Positions 51,022 through 63,730 are shown, numbered from the whole stretch's first letter. The stretch: 63,730 nt of DNA, filler included, from Phoronis australis (GCA_002633005.1; 6 parts of 6 records of this genome joined end to end with filler, not necessarily neighbours in it), one strand, 5' to 3'. Notes: a model not told the origin generated them from the letters alone. Numbers and translations are program-made.

Positions 51022-52020
51022 TCACACTGTTGAGGGGTGATAACAGTCGTGTATAAAACTGGAAATGTGGCATAGTGAGAACTGTGTCTTGTGCAAAAAT
51101 CCCAGATGATTTACCACCAATGGTGACTATAGTTACAGTAAAATGATACTAGTTTAGGTCACAATATGGCAGACAGGTTAAATTTTATTTACTCTTTTTT
51201 CATCAGTGATAATTAGTAAATAATGCTGTACCGTTTTCCAGTTCTGTACCATAGGTACCAACACACGATATTTTGAAAAATTTGGCATTCATGAAACCAT
51301 GTGAGAGCCTTCAAAGAATGAAAAAAGCAATTTTGTGGATTGTTTGTATCTGAAATTGGTGAGATTTTATGCCTGTTGGGCGGTAGGCATGGACTAGGTT
51401 ATTGGTTCCATGAAACTATCAAGTTAAGCAAAAATCTAACGTTCCTGCGAGTTTAACTGTGTAGTGGCTAAAACATCACAGAAAAGCGATGCAAGGTGCA
51501 CAAGATCGCAGGTTTCTCTTCCCAGCTGACAATTTTTGAAGATGGTCATTCTGGTTCATGATCTTAGCCTTTCTGGCAAGTTGGATTTCACTTTCTCCAA
51601 AAAAAATGTAAATTTTATGGACTGCAGTTGTCTTAAATCAAAACAGAAGTGAAAATTGAAACATTTGCCTCTGAGTTTTTTTAATGCTACTTTCTGTCCT
51701 GTTTATCTGGCTAAAAAATAAAAATTCAATTTGGACTTTTACCTGCATAAACTTGATCTCGTAATATTCCTTTACTGTAATAGGAATCCGTTTTTGAAAC
51801 CGTCAGTAAGTAGTGACTCTTGTTTATTGGGGTTGGCCAGCCCTAAAATTGGGAGATCGAAAATGGCACTCGTACGCATTGCCTGCAACTTGAGTTGGTA
51901 ACGCAAATGGAATCCTTACTCAGAAAGGAATATTATGAGACCCAATTTTATGTGAGTTTAGGGCCTAATTTGCCTAACCTGTGCGGTCAATCTAAGTAAA
52001 TAGTTCCATTTCTGCTGTAG

Positions 52021-52656
52021 GTTATTGCTGCCTGTCTTGCTGCCTATGTCGCGGGCGTGGTAACCATGGTGATATCAACGGCCATTGTAACCAGTCTGCC
52101 TGTCCACCTGATAATGCTCCCTCCTGCACTGCCTTCACCTATCCATACGGTCAACCAGACAAAATCTCTCCTGCCCAATCAGCCCAGTGGAATTGCTGTA
52201 GACTCCCACGACCATGGTAAAAGTGACAATTATGGACTTCCATCTGTTCTTCCCGACAGCAAACCAGCCAATCAAAGAATGGCAGTTTCTCAGCTGACTA
52301 TGGTGAAAAATGTTTTTTTGCATTTTGTCTACGGCCTGACATCAACGTACGGTGCTACAAATCTGTCAGCTGGAGTTTTTGCGAAGAAAAGACAGGAGTG
52401 CAGAGCAACGGCTTCCCATTCATCAGACGACATTGGAAATTGGAACTATGCAGCTCAAGGGCGTTCTCGTGAACAACTGGACAGTTACCGATCATGTTGC
52501 GATTGTAGCTTGGCGAATAACAATCAAGCAACCAATGTTCTGGCTGAAGACTCCATTAGCTGTAGCTGTGAACTGCAGCTTGAAAGAAATGAAAAGCCAT
52601 TTTTCGATATAGCCATTGGATTTGGAACTAGCCCCCACCTTCTTTACGCTGGATAA
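52021..52656 (+). CDS. CNPPD1: CNPPD1 terminal exon (hydrophobic segment plus divergent tail)
   Basis: ctgtag| phase-0 acceptor; VIAACLAAYVAGVVTMVIS is a TM-like helix; TAA at 52656. The six joined exons from 46694 give 414 aa. Confidence 0.85.
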   Translation, partial: VIAACLAAYVAGVVTMVISTAIVTSLPVHLIMLPPALPSPIHTVNQTKSLLPNQPSGIAVDSHDHGKSDNYGLPSVLPDSKPANQRMAVSQLTMVKNVFLHFVYGLTSTYGATNLSAGVFAKKRQECRATASHSSDDIGNWNYAAQGRSREQLDSYRSCCDCSLANNNQATNVLAEDSISCSCELQLERNEKPFFDIAIGFGTSPHLLYAG

Positions 52657-55550
52657 CCTTTTGAGCTCATATGAGGGTTTTTCAAAAAGTTCTCGGCCTC
52701 ACCAGGAAACAATGAGGATTATTTATGGGCTCTAACGTGTATTATTGTCCACAAAAGCAAACATTTTTATCATATCGTTGGTGGTGGCAAATTTCGTTTC
52801 TTTTTCTAAGCGCAGTTTTCTATGATGAAGTCAGCCTCATCACATGCAAGGCAACAGAATCTGTCCACTTGAGAAAAAGAACTTTAATGATTAGCATGTC
52901 AGAGAAAATAAGAGCCAGAATTGTGCGGGAGGGGGGTGCTCTTCCACATGTGCCTCTCATCCAATCCAAGTCACGCAGTACCTGGATATGTGAGACAATA
53001 CCACAATGTCAAAATACCCACCGGAAACGATACTTAATAGGGCAAAATTCACTCTAGGGTTGGTGGCACGTGCTAACCCCCCACATTACCAAAGCTGTAT
53101 TTGTTGGAGGGTTTCTGATTTTTGGGCTGTCACAAGTGGGCTCGATCTCACTTTATGTGTTTGTGGACTGTGCTGCTATATTTTATAAAATATTTTTGCT
53201 CAACGTGGACAAGTTCTACAGCGTTTTGAATGACCCTTGTAGTATTGGCATAATGGAATAATGCGTAGTAATGGGTAAAAGTTAATTTGTGATGCACGGC
53301 AATGGTCACTCACGGGGGTCCCGGGTTTTGATAACCAGTTTGGTGCCTGTTATTCAGTGGAGAAAATTGGTTCTCAAAATGCAGGATCAATGTAAGTGCA
53401 TGGCATTTTACATCTGTTGTGTGTGGATTATTAACGAAGGCTTTATAGAAGAATCTTACAATTGACTGTAATTCTTAATTCAACCCATGCTTCGAGTATT
53501 TCATCTGCTGGGCTTGGCTAAATTTGTATTTTCAGAAATTCTCACTAACCTTCAGTTCGAAGACTCCTTTTTGTATTTTTTGCAGGGTATTACATTTTAG
53601 TCTCCAAGGCATATTTTTGTGTCGGAAACATCAAGGTTATCTAGGACCTTAACAAATGACCTCAACTCTAAAGCCAAATGTCCAAAAAATGCTTTATTAA
53701 AAGTATGTATTTTCTGAAAGGAGAAAGGTCGAGGATTCTAAAAATTTACTTCTCACTACTGTGTCTTTATTATTGTCACGTGACCATGTTTTTAAATCAA
53801 ATTTTCTTGAGAAATAAATGTACATTTCACAGCTAAATAACCCTCCAGTCAATTTTACTAAAACTTTGTTAAAAGAAAACTTTACGCTATGTCTCAAAAA
53901 CGCTGTTAGGAATTTTTGACAATTCACTTAGTTCGTGTTTTATGCAAAATTAACTCTCAAAACACGAGGTATTTTTTGAAAAAGCAGTCTTATTAGTATA
54001 CCGCTCGATACGCAAAAACTAGGCATTTTAAGACATTGGGGTTTCTAACCAATACTGGAATTCGGTCATTAATTTTGCTATTGCATTTTTAACACATCTC
54101 AGAGAATTCTTTTTTGGCTTCTGCCGGAATTATCATTTTTACAAAGCTCATCTGCTGGTTTACTAAATTTGCAGACAGCTGTAACACCAATGCTAAAGTT
54201 CAAGTACAGTTAGCCTATTCACACACGTACATTGTTACTCGTTACATCTAAAAGCCCACATCATTAAGTAATTTGAGGGTATTTTTTATGGCCTTAACAG
54301 CATTTTTTTTTAAACTCGTAATCTCAAGTTAGGTATAACAAATCTCTCTTGGTGCTTGGTTTGTGTCATGCAGCAAAAATAAAAGCATTACAAAGGTAAC
54401 AGGCTCTTATTCAAACTAATTGATGACCTGCATTGCAAGGTTACTCGTAAAACACAGTTGCAACTGTTCACTTTTTTGGTTTGTCAAATCCAGGGCACTT
54501 GACCAACACTGGACACAAAGAATGCAGACTGTAGGTATTCCACTTTAAATGCTGTAACAAGAGTACTTCAGAACTTTAGTAGTGTTATGTCTCTTTTGCA
54601 ACTGTATTTTCCTTTAATGTATATCTGTCAACTGACAGTATTACAAGCATACAATCCTGAAATTTCCGCATGCACAGCAGGTGCAATTTAAAAGGATACT
54701 TACTCCTGTTTTGGTGATTTTTAAGCTACAGTGCATTAGTTTGTTTCAGAGAACTGGATGAGTCGCTTTTAACATCTGTCAATAGGACAGAACCAGGACA
54801 ACTTACACACTGTTTTGCAAAATGTGATGGTTTAGGTTTTCAACATTTTCCAATCCATTGGAGCTCTGCCAATCCTCTGATCAATAATTGGGATTACAGC
54901 CCTCAATTCACCCGTGCCTCTACACCACCGTTAGCGTACAAATCCGCACTATTTTATGCAACATGATCCAAGGAAAATTTGCAAATAAGGAGAAAGTGCT
55001 TGTCCGAGACTACAACAGCAAGTGTTAAACGTATTCCCACGCTTATTCTAACATTGAACACCTGCCTCCCATTCAGTAACACTTGAACTTCGCTACAATA
55101 CAAGACTTCAAAGACATTGCCTTGTATTTTAAATCAAAACACGACTCGGACTAGATTTTAGCTAGGTGCAAGTGTTACTGAACACACACCTGATGACGGA
55201 GAAATACACGAACGAACATTGCGCATTCAAAGAGGCTACAGTGGTTTGAATTGTCAAATATTTTTAGATATTATGTTGCACCACTATCTCACTTTTGTTT
55301 TACACATTGAAATTGCCCAACAAATATAACCGCTTAAATAGTATATGCAGGCTAGCCAGGCTTTATTTCACAGGTCTTCACCCGGTATAGGTCTCCGTTA
55401 TCCCTCGAACAACTACACGGAAGCTATGGGTACATGGAGGAACCTTCAAAATCTTGATAATTTTTCATTGTAACCAGGGCAGACTTGCAAACACGAGTAC
55501 ACACGTGAATCTTCCAACAGCTCATTGCAACGAGGTTAAACAGCAATTTA

Positions 55551-55905
55551 TAATCTACACCCATGTACACAGCATCAACGTTTTGGTCTAATCTACACCC
55601 ATGTACACAGCATCAACGTTTTGGTCTAATCTACACCCATGTACACAGCATCAACGTTTTGGTCTAATCTACACCCATGTACACAGCATCAACGTTTTGG
55701 TCTAATCTACACCCATGTACACAGCATCAACGTTTTGGTCTAATCTACACCCATGTACACAGCATCAACGTTTTGGTCTAATCTACACCCATGTACACAG
55801 CATCAACGTTTTGGTCTAATCTACACCCATGTACACAGCATCAACGTTTTGGTCTAATCTACACCCATGTACACAGCATCAACGTTTTGGTCTAATCTAC
55901 ACCCA
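55551..55905 (+). repeat. 38-bp perfect minisatellite, about 9 copies
   Basis: Unit taatctacacccatgtacacagcatcaacgttttggtc. Confidence 0.95.
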
Positions 55906-55906
55906 N

Positions 55907-55977
55907 CTAGTCGTTTACCCGAGCTAGTCGTTTACCCGAGCTAGTCGTTTACCCGAGCTAGTCGTTTCCCCGAGCTA
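55907..55977 (+). repeat. 17-bp tandem repeat, 4 copies
   Basis: Unit ctagtcgtttacccgag. Confidence 0.9.
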
Positions 55978-56285
55978 TAATTACTTACTTTTCCTACAAG
56001 TGGACAATTTCCTTTTGTTGACGCAAACTTTTCTGCTACATTCCAAATGCACAAGCCTCCTTTGTCGCTCAATTTTGTTCAAGTTTATTTTCACCAACTG
56101 TTTGTCAAAGCCAGGCAAATTTCAACATCTGTTAACTTTTTGAAATCTACCATTTTCACTTGCTGTGTGTCATCAGGTAGTGTAATATTTTACAATAAAA
56201 TAAAAGGAAGTACTTAACTGAAGAGCATTATTTATTTTTTGTGTTTTTTTACAACTAAATTTCAGCGTGTTTAAGAAGTCCAGCT

Positions 56286-56318
56286 TTATGAAGTTGTTGG
56301 TCTGTTCGGCTGATCGGT
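56286..56318 (-). CDS. RPS26: RPS26 terminal exon (TDQPNRPTTS*)
   Basis: Acceptor attttgtttcag, phase 0, TAA at 56286-56288, AATAAA ~50 nt downstream. Confidence 0.75.
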   Translation of the reverse strand, partial: TDQPNRPTTS

Positions 56319-56975
56319 CTGAAACAAAATGAAAAGAATCTATAAATGAAAAAAGCCACAACAATCAATATTAGAAAATGAACATTCACCACATCACCAT
56401 CTGTGACATACACTCTTCCATCTAGTAGAAGTTTTTTAACGAGATCACAACAAAGCTTTCGAATTAAAGGGAAGCCCAGAACGGTAAGAGATTAACATCC
56501 CAAAAAAATTGACATTCACCTGTGGCAAGTTGGGCCTAACACATTAGGAGCAAATTTTAGTTACGCCAAAAAAGTCCAGCTATATTTCAAAATAAAATAC
56601 TAAGTTCAAAACAGAAAAGACAAGAAACTTGAAGCAGCAATTACAAGTAGACACCAATTTTATGTCAGTGGTGCAATTCTGAAGTCGCCATTTCAGATCG
56701 AAGAATATGCAACATGTTCCTGTAGATACAAAACCCTAGTTCCTGTACTGACAATGAGGAATACAGCAGCCAGTCCTGAGACTAAACACTACTAACCACT
56801 GCACAGGTAAGGGGATCTCATATCTAAGCTGGTCATGACAGAGGGATGGGTGTGGGGTAATGACGGGGCAGAGGGGTGGTTTCCTCTCACTCGGAAAAAT
56901 TCCCCTCTCAAAAGGCACAGGCCAGGCACCTTTTCCCTCAGGTGAGCGAGGGCTCTGTGCAGCATGGAGACCTAC

Positions 56976-57115
56976 CCTTGGACCTGAAGGCCTGAACCTG
57001 GGAGGTGGTGTGCGGTCTCTACGAGCATCTCGCGACCTGTTCCTCACCACCTTGGAGTGAATCGCACATGACACACAGTAGTGTAGCTTGGCATACAACT
57101 TGGGCAGAGCATAAC
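56976..57115 (-). CDS. RPS26: RPS26 (eS26) exon 3
   Basis: ttccag| [46 protein letters not shown] |gtaggt. Confidence 0.95.
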
Positions 57116-58479
57116 CTGGAACATATACAGACAGTAAGGCAGGTTCAATAGCAGTCGTGGTGATGAAAGACGTTCCAAGACATCTGTGTCTAGTTGTATG
57201 AACCAGTCGGGGTGATGAAAGACGTTCCAAGACATCTGTGTCTAGTTATATGAACCAGTCCCAGATAGGACTCGACCAAGTTGCCTAGACCTTCTGCGCA
57301 TTTGTGTTTTTGTTTATTCACAAAAGTTTAAACTCTCATTCTGTCTCTATTATGACCTTGTTTACTTAATTTATAACATTAGCATATGTGAATGAAAACA
57401 CATCAGGAGATACTGCATGAAAAGATCCCTATTAACTTTCAATAATATTCGTAATTCAAAGCTCATAACTGATGAAGACAAAATGGCATTAGAAAGGTCA
57501 GTCAGTATCTGTAGAAGTCCACAAATGCAATGAAAGGCTATCAGGGACCACTTCAGGCAATCAGCCATAGCCACTCTGAATTTCAATAGGTCAGTCAACA
57601 AATCATGTTAAGTTGGTCTACGTAGGCTGTATTTTTCCGTGAACAGGTGAATAGGTACCAAGTGAAAGCTTCACAGGGAAAAGCACCCGAGAGTCCTTAG
57701 AATGGACATAAAGAGATACACAACAATGGGCAACTTGAAACCCACAAGGTGGTGATGAGATGATGGTCCTCCCAGAATAAATGCATGCAGGAAGCCGGTT
57801 AACCAGAATCTTTTTACTCAAAATCAAACACCAAATTATTTTGGCATTTTCTACTGCACTTGTGTGAGAACTGAAGGTAATTGTCTAATATTCTTTGCTC
57901 GAACACATCTTGCGTGGATAACCCTCTAATCCTACTTGGCACTTGATGACCAAGGCTAAACGGTTGAGTCTTAACTTGAAACTTTAAGTATTAACTTGAT
58001 TCGAATTTTTACTAGTTTGCAGCACAAATATAGGGGTCATCAGGTGCAAAGTTGGACTACAAACTCGTAAGCATAAAAAGCAGAGCACTCAAGCACAGGC
58101 TAACAGCCATTTATCTTGAAGCAGTACAAAAAATGACACAAATAATTTTGATAACCTATTTAGAGTACAAACATTAGACCCCACCTTAGGTAGCCAAGTG
58201 GGGATCAATCGCCCACAAATAATTCCTCGCTTTCTGCTCTGTTTGTTAAAATGTTAAGAAGAGGGCTCTGTATTAATAACCACCACCAAATGAATATCGA
58301 GACATCCACAGTCATTTACAGTAAAACAGACATCTGGATCTTCATACATCCTGGTATTTTTATGTTGCAGTCACTCTTGGACAGCGAACATTTTTGCCCA
58401 TTGTTACACTTTAAGAATCCAAAAAGTGAGTTACAGCTCACAAACAGATCCTGATTGACTTTTAAAACGTCTAAATTAC

Positions 58480-58657
58480 CATCGTATACGCTAGCCTCGG
58501 CAATATCTCTGACAGCGGCAGCCTCGACAATGTTGCGGATGACAAACTTCTTGATGGCCTTGTCCTTTGGTACACATCTGGCACAGTTGGTACAACGGAC
58601 GGGATTCACGTGTCCACGCCCATTCTTGTTACGCCCGTGATTCCTTCTCTTGACAGT
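58480..58657 (-). CDS. RPS26: RPS26 (eS26) exon 2
   Basis: tttcag| [59 protein letters not shown] |gtaatt; 178 nt. Confidence 0.97.
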
Positions 58658-58999
58658 CTGAAAATATTGCACACCTTGCAAAACTACTCGACTACACAAA
58701 TACATTCAGTTTTACTTCAATATCAAAGAACTAAACACAAGCAGCTACGGACAACAATGGCCACTTACAGCGGTTCCAGACATTGTGAACCACTTTGGTG
58801 CCGCTGGGGAAAACTTGTTCTCAAATGTGGGACCCCTGTATGTGACTATTACCTTGCGGACAGTAAAAAATGTAAGCAACTGGCCCCTAAAAAATGTAGG
58901 AGTCAAACATGTTTTTTTTTAATGTTTATTTTGAAATCTCCAGAATACACTGAATATACATAACCCAGAAAGTGCCAAGAGGCATTAGATCTGGGTAAA

Positions 59000-59510
59000 A
59001 AATACAAAGAAGTCTATATACAATGATTATATACGAATACATAAATAAAAAAACTGATGTTAAGAATACAATGATATATGACAACGAATATAAAATTCTA
59101 TCCACTCACGCAAGGAGATTTAATGTTATAAAGAAATTCTGATACGAATTCAAATAAAACCTTATTTTTGTTTGAGTTAAGTTCTTGACATCCATATAGA
59201 AAGAAATTAATTTTGTGGTACAATTGCGGAATTTCAGAATATTTTTTATAAACATTTGGGTATTGTTCGAGTGCCTGGAAGAGCTGTACCCTCTCCTCCT
59301 TGCATACTTCACAAGCTAAGAAAACATGAGATATGTCTGGGTATCTCCACAGGAACACAGAGGCGAAATATTATTAAAATTATGTCTAAATTTCTCGTTG
59401 TTTAGGAATATACCACATCTTAATCTGTATAGGGTTATTTCGTGGTTGCGGGGAAGTTGGAATGATGTCAATGGGACTGGCAAGTCTGGAGTAGTAGTAT
59501 GCATTTTAAG
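59000..59510 (-). mobile_element. 3' end of a CR1/L2-group LINE (frameshifted C-terminal zinc finger)
   Basis: RLRCG..LN...SPLCSCG..H.F..C...R..L...LYG....N..LF..V..F pattern across two frames. Confidence 0.75.
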
Positions 59511-59589
59511 AGAGTGACGATTGAAGTGCTTTCTTTTATTTTGAATGGTAAGGAATTCCAGTTGTCAATACAAGTTAATATCGTTGATC

Positions 59590-59875
59590 TTCAGACATGT
59601 CACAAGACAATGTCTCTAACACCACAGACAAATCCCTGCTACTCTCTGCAGACATGTCACAAGAGAATGTCTCTAACGCCACAGACAAATCCCTGCTACT
59701 CTCTGCAGACCATGTCCCTAACGCCACAGACAAATCCCTGCTATTCTCTGCAGACCATGTCACAAGTGAATGTCTCTAACGCCACAGACAAATCCCTGCT
59801 ACTCTCTGCAGACCATGTCGCAAGTGAATGTCTCTAATGCCACAGACAAATCCCTGCTTACTCCCTGCAGACCAT
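59590..59875 (+). repeat. ~58-bp minisatellite, about 5 copies
   Basis: Unit atgtctctaacgccacagacaaatccctgctactctctgcagac(c)atgtcacaag. Confidence 0.85.
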
Positions 59876-60937
59876 GCAGTGCATGCACAACTAAATCAGC
59901 AATTCACTTCTTAAATGCGCTTTCCCTCGCCCATCCTCATTGGATCGCATATACACTGTACGTTTTTAAAAATGGATTCATCCAGTCTTTTAAGTGGCGG
60001 GTTGCAGGCTGTTCTTTCCGGCAGGAAGTTTCCTCCGTGAACTCGGTGGCGCAAAAATGTCGGTAAATCAATAGGGCATAATAAAACATTTGTCAGAACG
60101 TCCGAAACTTAAGAATGCGAGAGTAAATGTCATGTTTGTCACCCAAAACGAAGCGAAGGAAATTAGTTGCTGCCAAGCTGGTTGAACAAGTACATGAACA
60201 GGCAATACAAAATCTGCGATCAAATCACAGGCGAATCAAAACGATGTTTTACAATTGCCAGTGGCGATAACATCTTATATAAAATCGCAAATCCATTTTT
60301 ATGCACACATGGTGGCCAATTCCATCCACTGAATAAGTGGATCGTAATNACAAGAGAATGTCTCTAACGCCACAGACAAATCCCTGCTACTCTCTGCAGA
60401 CCATGTCGCAAGTGAATGTCTCTAATGCCACAGACAAATCCCTGCTTACTCCCTGCAGACCATGCAGTGCATGCACAACTAAATCAGCCATTCACTTCTT
60501 AAATGCGCTTTCCCTCGCCCATTCTCATTGGATCGCATATACACTGCACGTTTTTAAAAATGGATTCATCCAGTCTTTTAAGTGGCGGGTTGCAGGCTGT
60601 TCTTTCCTGCAGGAAGTTTCCTCCGTGAACTCGGTGGCGAAAAAATGTCGGTAAATCAATAGGGCATAATAAAACATTTGTCAGAACGTCCGAAACTTAA
60701 GAATGCGAGAGTAAATGTCATGTTTGTCACCCAAAACGAAGCGAAGGAAATTAGTTGCTGCCAAGCTGGTTGAACAAGTACATGAACAGGCAATACAAAA
60801 TCTGCGATCAAATCACAGGCGAATCAAAACGATGTTTTACAATTGCCAGTGGCGATAACATCTTATATAAAATCGCAAATCCATTTTTATGCACACATGG
60901 TGGCCAATTCCATCCACTGAATAAGTGGATCGTAATT
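59761..60937 (+). repeat. ~590-bp near-identical direct duplication joined at a single N
   Basis: 59761-60347 is repeated at 60350-60937 with few SNPs; N at 60349 suggests an uncollapsed allele or contig overlap. Confidence 0.85.
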
Positions 60938-62049
60938 TACCGATTGGCCGGTTCTCAGAATTAGTGACACTGCAATATTAAACCAGTGGCCTAATTTCTA
61001 CATGGAACCCGGTAATCTGACCTTGCATGAAATAATCTTGGATAGATCCCCTTTGCACTTATCTTGACAAGCAACATGCGACTGCACCAACATGTCGAGA
61101 ACTGTTGAAGATGAAAATGTCCATCAGAAAATTAAACTTTGCGAAAAAAGGGCATTGAACAAGTAAGACAGTTCCAAGTCAAGTTCTTATGTTACAGAAA
61201 TCAAGTCCTATATTGATTAATTAGCCTATTTACTTATTAATTAGCACACCTCGGCCATACTTCCCCACAAGCGCCGATTTTCTTTGAAATTTTGAAATCC
61301 CCCATCCTTCACAGCTGTTACGAAATCAGGGCCCTACGATTTTCGGGCCAAACATCAGCTCCATTCCTCTCTAAAAATATTTTAAAACATGCAAACTTCC
61401 CCTCATGAGGCCTCAAAATTACCCTCCAGTTTACAGAGCTCGTTTGGCAACCTGTAGGTCACCATTGCGACTTCAGATTGTGTTTGACGACCCGGGAAAA
61501 ATCTCAAGGTGCCACACTGACAAGGAGTATCAAAGTCAGACGATAATTCCCTTGAAATTGATTTCAATATTATTTGTGGTGACTTCTAAATGTTAAATTA
61601 TTAACAGTTTTCCTAGATTCAGTACCTTTGGTTCACAACTGTTTCGTCTATTTCGTGAAATCACTGCATTTGCCACCTTCAGTCAGCAAACATCACACAC
61701 ACGCTTATATTACAACAGGAAGTAAAGAGATGGAAGTCAGAAGTGTTCGGCTAAAATTGGACAAACGGGCCATGAAACACACATCTCCAGTATATCCAAT
61801 CGCCTGCGGTCTTCGCTGGCAGGAACAATTGAGTTAGAGATTGAAGTGAATGCTGTATGCTTTTTATGGAGACAAGTGGTAAAGGTATGCGTAATTTTTT
61901 TGACAGCAGAATACGGCAAGATCTTTTTTTGTTGCCGATTACGTCAATTTTGGCGACCTCAGATTTCGCTTAGTGATCGCGAAGTAGCATTAGGCAACTT
62001 GGTATAAAAGTAAGCCTCGATTACTGAGTTAAGTTAGTACCACCCTTAA

Positions 62050-62412
62050 AGGCGAAGGCAACCTTTTTTCATGTCACTTTGAGCTAAAATAAGGTTGGTT
62101 GGTTATCCTAGACATATTTTCCACTTAATTACAGCTTTTTGTAATTTTATTAATTACTCGTCCGCTACTCCGGAAGTGACGTTTTAGGAGGCAAGCATTT
62201 CGCGCCAATTTCTTTTCATATAGTCTGACTGTGATAGCTGCCGACTCAGTCATTGTTCTACCTCGGTTGTGTTAAGTTCCGTCGTCGTTTGCTTTCATTT
62301 ACTAGTCAGTCAACATGCCACACTGTTGCTGCGTACCGGGATGTACTAATTATCGTCTCACGCGCGCTTTGGGAGTACCTTTGCATCGCTTTCCGATGGA
62401 TGACACACTTCG
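62050..62412 (+). mobile_element. 5' end of a Kolobok-like transposon with a THAP ORF start, cut by a gap
   Basis: TTAA|AGGCGAAGGCAACC at 62046; ATG 62315 reads MPHCCCVPGCTNYRLTRALGVPLHRFPMDDTLR (THAP C-x4-C...LHRFP). Confidence 0.75.
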
Positions 62413-62859
62413 NNNNNNNNNNNNNNNNNNNNNNNNNNNNNNNNNNNNNNNNNNNNTTAATTAATTAANNNNNNNNNNNNNNNNNNNNNNNNNNNNNNNN
62501 NNNNNNNNNNNNGCGTGAGGTTATATTTTACATATAACTCTTAATGTCAACTGCAATATGCCCAAGTTACGCAATCCCACAGAACTTAACCTTTACGAAG
62601 TTAAATACGTGTACTATATTTATTGATGTATTTCATTTATAAGGTTGCCCAAAAGGAAGAGAAGAAAAATACGCTTTGGGAAATAATCACAAGGTTACTT
62701 CCGGTAGTACATTGGATTTATTTTAAAATTCTTGGATAAAGATGTTGAAAAGTCTGCAAACAACGTACATGTCATATATTCCGTTTCATTGCCCACGGAT
62801 GGCTTAGTTTTCGTATTTGAAATAGTTAATAATCAAAGGCTACAGATGTTTCTCTTCAT

Positions 62860-63430
62860 TTCACGTTACCCACTGTAGTTCTCCCTGCTTTTCATATCAA
62901 TCATGCAATAAAGCAAATTAATTTCTGCTCGCTGTTCTGTCATCTACTTTATTAATACAAGCTACTGGACAGTTTTGTCCTAAAACACTGATAACAGCAG
63001 CTTCAAACTCTTAGCTGGGATGATCTAATCTCTGGTCCCAACGCTCTTGGGTTTGATATATGAAATAGAAATTATTGCAGTAGATCTGAACTTCATAGCC
63101 GATTTAGTAAAGCTTGACTACCTGTGATAGATGTGTCTGTTTATTATTCTTCAAGGCTTCACAGATGAAGAAACAGGATGCAACAATGAGATGGGTTGTC
63201 GTCATGAGCAAATTTCTGGTAAAATCTAATCCAAAATCGTCACTATCTGTTACTTGCCAAATAGCAATGTAAATGAACCATAGCTTTCCTTAGGATTAAC
63301 TGCGATTCACTCGTAACACCTCGGCCACTGGAAGATCTTGTGCCAACAAATCACTGGCAAAACAATTTCCTTAGTCGTTCTTCAATAGTTTCTTGGACAT
63401 GGTGCATTTAATATTGATATGGTGGATCTG
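62860..63430 (-). pseudogene. GIMAP/AIG1-family GTPase relic
   Basis: Ordered fragments across frames: KCTMSKKLL (post-P-loop helix), SSSGRGVTSESQ (G2 'VT'), QVTDSDDFG (DTPG position), PSHCCILFL (GPHAFLLV-like), FIYQTQERWD (TxxD), CPVACINK. Many stops. Confidence 0.45.
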
Positions 63431-63730
63431 TTATTAAATGACATATAAGGTACTATGAAATTGTCATTTAGTTTATTTAAACTCATTAGAAGCAAGAAAC
63501 CGTCATGTACGAAGATAGATGATTCATATTTCGTGCAGTTTCATACACTGATCGATGTGACAACACCACCACACACGCTTCATTCAATTTCATGAAATTA
63601 CTCATTGTTTGCAATAAAGTTGGTATTTTTGAATACGCAAAATCGTAGTATACATTTAACCCTTAACGACAACTGCAATATGCCCATTTTACGCAATCCC
63701 ACAGAAATTAACGTTTACGAAGTTAAATAC

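Noticed and set aside
57160-57260. C/D snoRNA suggested by GTGATGA
   Set aside because: The box is on the strand opposite RPS26 transcription, with no D box; it is a ~52-bp tandem duplication.
59761-60937. Duplicated gene pair (ORFs 59770/60337 and 60167/60755)
   Set aside because: Near-identical duplication joined at a single N, probably an assembly overlap; the ORFs derive from a minisatellite and have no recognisable motifs.

Overview
Eukaryotic, AT-rich, repeat-rich animal genomic scaffold. The gene and transposon families fit a lophotrochozoan, possibly a mollusc, but this is inference. It contains five 100-bp N-TTAATTAATTAA-N linker gaps plus one longer N gap. Host genes supported by spliced exons: a two-exon, probably GPI-anchored mucin-like gene (631-6679 +), the first two exons of a probable mitochondrial-targeted protein with repeated (F/Y)I(D/E)(D/E)QYF motifs (25108-27422 +), CNPPD1 (~40204-52656 +) and RPS26 (exons 2-4, 56286-58657 -). 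The most interesting part is the contig between gaps 28369 and 43142. It holds an intact 716-aa STAND NTPase (NB-ARC)-TPR ORF with no N-terminal effector domain and, 5.8 kb downstream on the same strand, a divergent TIR-like ORF. Together these are a candidate split TIR / NB-ARC-TPR innate-immune module, surrounded by decayed coding-like DNA. A GIMAP/AIG1-like relic lies at the right end. The rest is nested mobile DNA: P-like MITEs with 8-bp TSDs, Helentron-type (HINE/DINE-1-like) arrays, a Harbinger-like long-TIR element carrying an Academ-like relic, Kolobok/THAP relics, a CAC-terminal element with a 5-bp TSD (Transib-like), an LTR, LINE fragments and minisatellites. All family assignments come from visual motif recognition, not database searches.
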